Shown here: positions 60,130-64,000 of the stretch, one piece after another
Layout: each line of letters begins with the position of its first letter
Position numbering within the stretch: position 1 is the stretch's first letter
Source of the DNA: Selaginella moellendorffii
Lineage: Eukaryota; Plantae; Lycopodiophyta
Reading direction: 5' to 3'
Assembly (NCBI RefSeq): GCF_000143415.4
Contig: NW_003314306.1
Coordinates: forward strand, 528,897-592,896
Length of the DNA: 64,000 bases
Position numbers and translations under genes: made by a program
Notes under the pieces: generated by a model
What the model was told of the DNA's origin: nothing
The model's input: only the letters and a program-made list of their open reading frames with translations
Databases searched by the model: none

Positions 60130-62120
60130 ATGGCGTCGTTGGATGTCGACTCTCCGCTTCAGGAGATTGAGCGTTCCATCCAGGCTGTGTGCACTAAAAT
60201 CGAAGAGTTGGGAGAACAACTGAAGAGCGAGCAAAATCCTGAAGATATCTGCGGGAGGAGAAGCGGCAACTGTGGAAGAGGGAGCAGCAGCTGCGGGAGA
60301 AGAAGCTTTTCCTGCTCAAATCTAAAAGTAAGTCTTTGATACATTATTCACTCCGCCTGAGCATCTACTAGCCTTGCCCCAGTCATGTACAGATCTGCCA
60401 TAAAAGCCCCAACTGTCGAGCATTGTTTTGTTGCATTGTCCGGTTATGTCACAAAGGCCAGTTCTTTAGTTGCGAAAGCGTTGCAATCCCAACAGCCCCT
60501 CATTTTAAACTTGAGCTACACTTTCATTCTTTTGCATTTTACTCCTTGTTTGTGTTCTTTGTTTCTGATTTTCCCCATCCAAAGCTTGCGCCATTGATCG
60601 CCACAGCTCGAAACCGAGGAGACTGTTTTGGAAGACATTGCTTTACCTCCATGCATGTTCTGCCAAAATTTTTTTCCGTTCTAAGCTTGTGTGTTATCTT
60701 GTGCAGCTCAAATAGTTCCAACTGCTGGTGAAGTATTAATCGAGGCTCTCCCCCGCGTAGACGCTTTTATCCAAAAGGCCCGGGAGTCTATTAAGCAGCT
60801 TGGAGCTGTGCCCACAGTGAACGGGAAGCCCACTTTTAGCGGGGTTGGGAACAAGCTTTCTGACGCAGTCTGGTGATGTGGGCAACATGCTAGACAGTAA
60901 AGGTCCGGTGGTTTCTGTGGTAGGCACATCGGGTTCAGGGAAAACAAGGACGTTGCTGGAGCTTCTCTGTTCGAGAATTGGGCTTTACTTCGTAGCTGAC
61001 ACGCAGGGTAACTTTGGGTTTGAGGACTTGAGATTATTGCGCAGCTTGGTTCTGGAAGGCGTGGCATATGACGTTCGAGCTGCTCTAGCTCAGTCGGTAG
61101 TACGAGCTTCAGTTTTGGCTCGGTTATTTCTACTTAAGCGTTGTCTTGAGATGAAGTTCTTGGCACGGGAATGGTTGCTACTCCAGCTTCTGGGAAGTCA
61201 GTTTGTGCAGGTGGATATTTGCAGGGATTTAACGGGGTCTTTGCTCGTCAAGTTGGAAGCTCTAGGTGTAGTGAGAAGGTAGGAAGCCTTAGAGGAAGAG
61301 ATCTATGAGCACTGGCAGCAGGTTATGTAGTTGTTGTGTTGGATGAAGCACATGTGCTCTTCGAGTTGCACAAAGATCAGTTTAAGCCTTTCGGCGGAGG
61401 GACTGGGACGAGTAGTTCGTTCCATCAAGTGTATGAGGCACTTAGCCAACCTTCCAGAGGTATGATTGCCAAACTGCTAGTCTCGGCTACTTGTTTGGCC
61501 GAACATAGGAACACGGAGGTTTTCTCGCCGGCAATTGCCAAACAGCTGTTATGGGGTCCTGCTTTCTGTTCTTTCGGCAAGTTTCGAGACACAGGCGACA
61601 TGTATGAGTACTTGAAGAAATTTGTCGCTGTCGACGACACTGTTGATGAAGAGTTGCTCCAGAGGTTTGTAGGGAGATACAGACCACTGGTTCGGGCACT
61701 TGAGGATTTTCTGGAAAAGCAACGCTCTCTCAATGAGTCGCTTAAGAGTGTCCTATCGAAGCTCACGAAGGAGGACTCGGAAGGATCTTATGCCCGATTT
61801 TGAAGCGCATCTAGGTCCAGCCGCGGATTCACAACGTGGAGCTGATCCAATTGTGCCGGATGATATGTCTGACAAGCCAATATGTTGGAAAGTACTACTG
61901 CACCAGGAAAGAGGAAGTCCAGCTGATTCACCATGGGCTAGCTTATTTGGATGCTGTTGATGTGGATAAGGGAGAGTTCGGGCTGGAAGGAACGATCGAG
62001 GAACCACTCGTGTTGGAAGCGCTTGAGTACTATTTGCGTCTTCACATAATGAATCGTCTCAATTCACAATCGGCGGGATTCAACCTCGAGATAGCTGCAG
62101 CAGATGCTCTTTGCAGTTTT
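60130..62120 (+). pseudogene. CR-type gene copy 2, 5' half (header + NTPase), inverted and carrying stops and frameshifts
   Basis: MASLDVDS.., GTSGSGKT, LDEAH, GRYR, EEPLV; ends at ..AADALCSF, exactly where the 3' half begins. Confidence 0.85.
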
Positions 62121-62447
62121 GAATACTTTGAATACTTTTATCCAAACTTTATTTTATATTTATCTAATGGTTATGGTAACTAAATACAAAAATAAGTTTT
62201 TTTATACTCTCATACAGAGGAATTTTACTTTCAAACATATTATTTTATAATCACATGGCTTATTAAAGTATGACCAAGTTAAGTTTAGTCAGTTCATTTT
62301 ATGACAGATTAGTTTGTGACTAATCAAAGGCTTTTAGACACTGCTGTGGAGTGTGCTCACCAACTGTGAGCAATGGTGCAAAGGGCTTGGGGGAAGTGGT
62401 GATCTGTTCTGCATTAGCATGGTAATTCTTTCTTAAGTTTTAATAAT

Positions 62448-64000
62448 TGGTATCAGAGGGTAGAGTTCAAGAATCTGCAAGTTTGTTGTTATAGATTCTA
62501 GGGAGGAAGTTACTAATCAATCATCTGTAGAGGCTTGGACAATAGATGAGGTGGTGCTGGAATTGTAAGCCTGCAACAACAATATCGAAACCCTTGAGGT
62601 TGATATGTATGGATTTTTAGCAAACATGTGTGAGTGCATAAAAAAGATGGAGAATTCTTGAGGTGGCAGGAGTTGTGTTATAGATTAAGCTCAGATTCCT
62701 GAGTTTGATGGCACTAATGTCCCTATGGATTGGCTGCACAAAACCTTGAAACTGATCTAGGGTCAAGGATTGCCAGATAAGGATGCATTGATCTTTGTGG
62801 AGGTGGTGCTTAAAGGCTAGGTTACACATTAGTGGACTTGCCTTTTGAACCAATATACCACTGCTAGCAAAGGATCTTTGGTGCTAATTGAATTTGAAAA
62901 AGCTTTCAAGTAGAAATTTGCTCCTTGCTATGATGCTTTTCATGCATGATGCAAGCTTTGGTACTTAAAGCAAGATGATTTGGGCCTAGAAAAGTGTATT
63001 AAGAAGTGCCCAACAACTATACTGAGGAGGTCTAAAAAGATTACTTTATGAATGGCTTACACAACAAAGGGATGCAAAATCACTTGAAAACTTCCAAGGT
63101 AACAAAGTCTTTAGAGAAGCTTTTTGAACAAGTTTTGAACTTAGTGGATGAGGGTGAGCCATGTCCTTAGGACAAGGGTGCCAAACATGGGAGAAGCCCC
63201 TCTCAAGACAAGACTAATGGTGGATGTGGGTATTTGAAGTCTTGTGTGGAGTGTGGCAGCAACGGTGGTCGAGGCAATGGTAAGAAGCCTCAGATTACCA
63301 AGAAAATGCACAACCATTGCCATAAGTGTGGTGAGGAAGGCCATTGGAAAGCAGATTGTTCTCTGTTGAAAAACAAGAACAAACCTTTGAACACAAGTAT
63401 TAGAGCTTTAAGCAGGAAGGTCTAGGAAATGCAACATGAGGAGAATCCAGATAAGAAGTATATCTCTATGATTTCCTGTACATTTAATGGGATTTGGAGT
63501 GATGTTCTTATGGACTTGGCTTCAGAATCCTATGTGATTTGAGTTGAGGGATTGCTAGGAGATCATATAGTGTGCATTTTACTGGATAGTGGCAATTCCA
63601 ACAATTTTATCCCAGTAAAGTTGGTTGAGTACAAGCTGCCAATGACTAAAGTGATTCCTTATAGAATTTCTAGAGTTGCCACCAAGAACCAATAGTGGGA
63701 TGGTGTGGTGCATGACTTATTGGTGAAAGCTGGTAAGTTCACCATGGTGGAAGATTTCTTTTTTGCAAATTTATATCATGTGGACATAATCCTTGGCATG
63801 TCATGGCACATGCATGTTGATCCCAAGATCAAGTGGAGCCTTCAACATGTGAAGCTTGAGTATATGGCATACGTGATATTTGGTTTGGAAGCAATGTTCC
63901 AAGCTTGACTAAGTTGAAGTTGGTAATGTCTTTGAAGAGCACTGTGCACAATAAAGATAATGAACTTTGTTTGATGTATATCTGAGAGTTGGATACATCA
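62448..64000 (+). mobile_element. Degenerate Ty3/gypsy element (Met-i PBS, gag zinc knuckle, protease); runs off the window end
   Basis: TGGTATCAGAG at 62448; CHKCGEEGHWKADC; LLDSGNSNNF and DIILGMSW protease motifs. Confidence 0.8.

Overview
Eukaryotic plant nuclear DNA. The compact genes, mostly 50-65 nt introns, long S-type PPR array, ELIP, secreted LRR pair and terpene-synthase remnant fit a lycophyte such as Selaginella; this is an inference. Layout: (1) 1-9 kb: a gypsy remnant, a tandemly duplicated conserved plant gene (one intact copy with a 21-22 aa repeat tract, one pseudogene) and an alkaline ceramidase. (2) 9.3-21 kb: a nest of LTR retroelements, including a TRIM inserted in reverse into another TRIM, and a full-length, defective Tcn1/Tf1-sushi-like chromovirus with a self-priming PBS and a GGGAAAC frameshift signal. 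(3) 23.7-43 kb: a dense gene block with two conserved hypothetical genes, tRNA-Asp, a KIN14B-interacting WD40 protein, CSL4, an intron-rich animal/fungal-type NAPE-PLD, a dirigent-like gene, two secreted LRR genes, ELIP and a PPR gene. (4) 43-52 kb: decayed material (microbial-type terpene synthase fragment, LINE remnant, frameshifted BAHD, pirin and F-box fragments). (5) 52-62 kb: two copies of a Crinkler-type coiled-coil + P-loop NTPase + PD-(D/E)xK nuclease gene. One is frameshifted by a 125-nt deletion, the other is split by a precise 2.2-kb inversion, and a 1.2-kb foldback lies between them. (6) 62-64 kb: a gypsy remnant. Family calls come from motif recognition only; no database searches were run.
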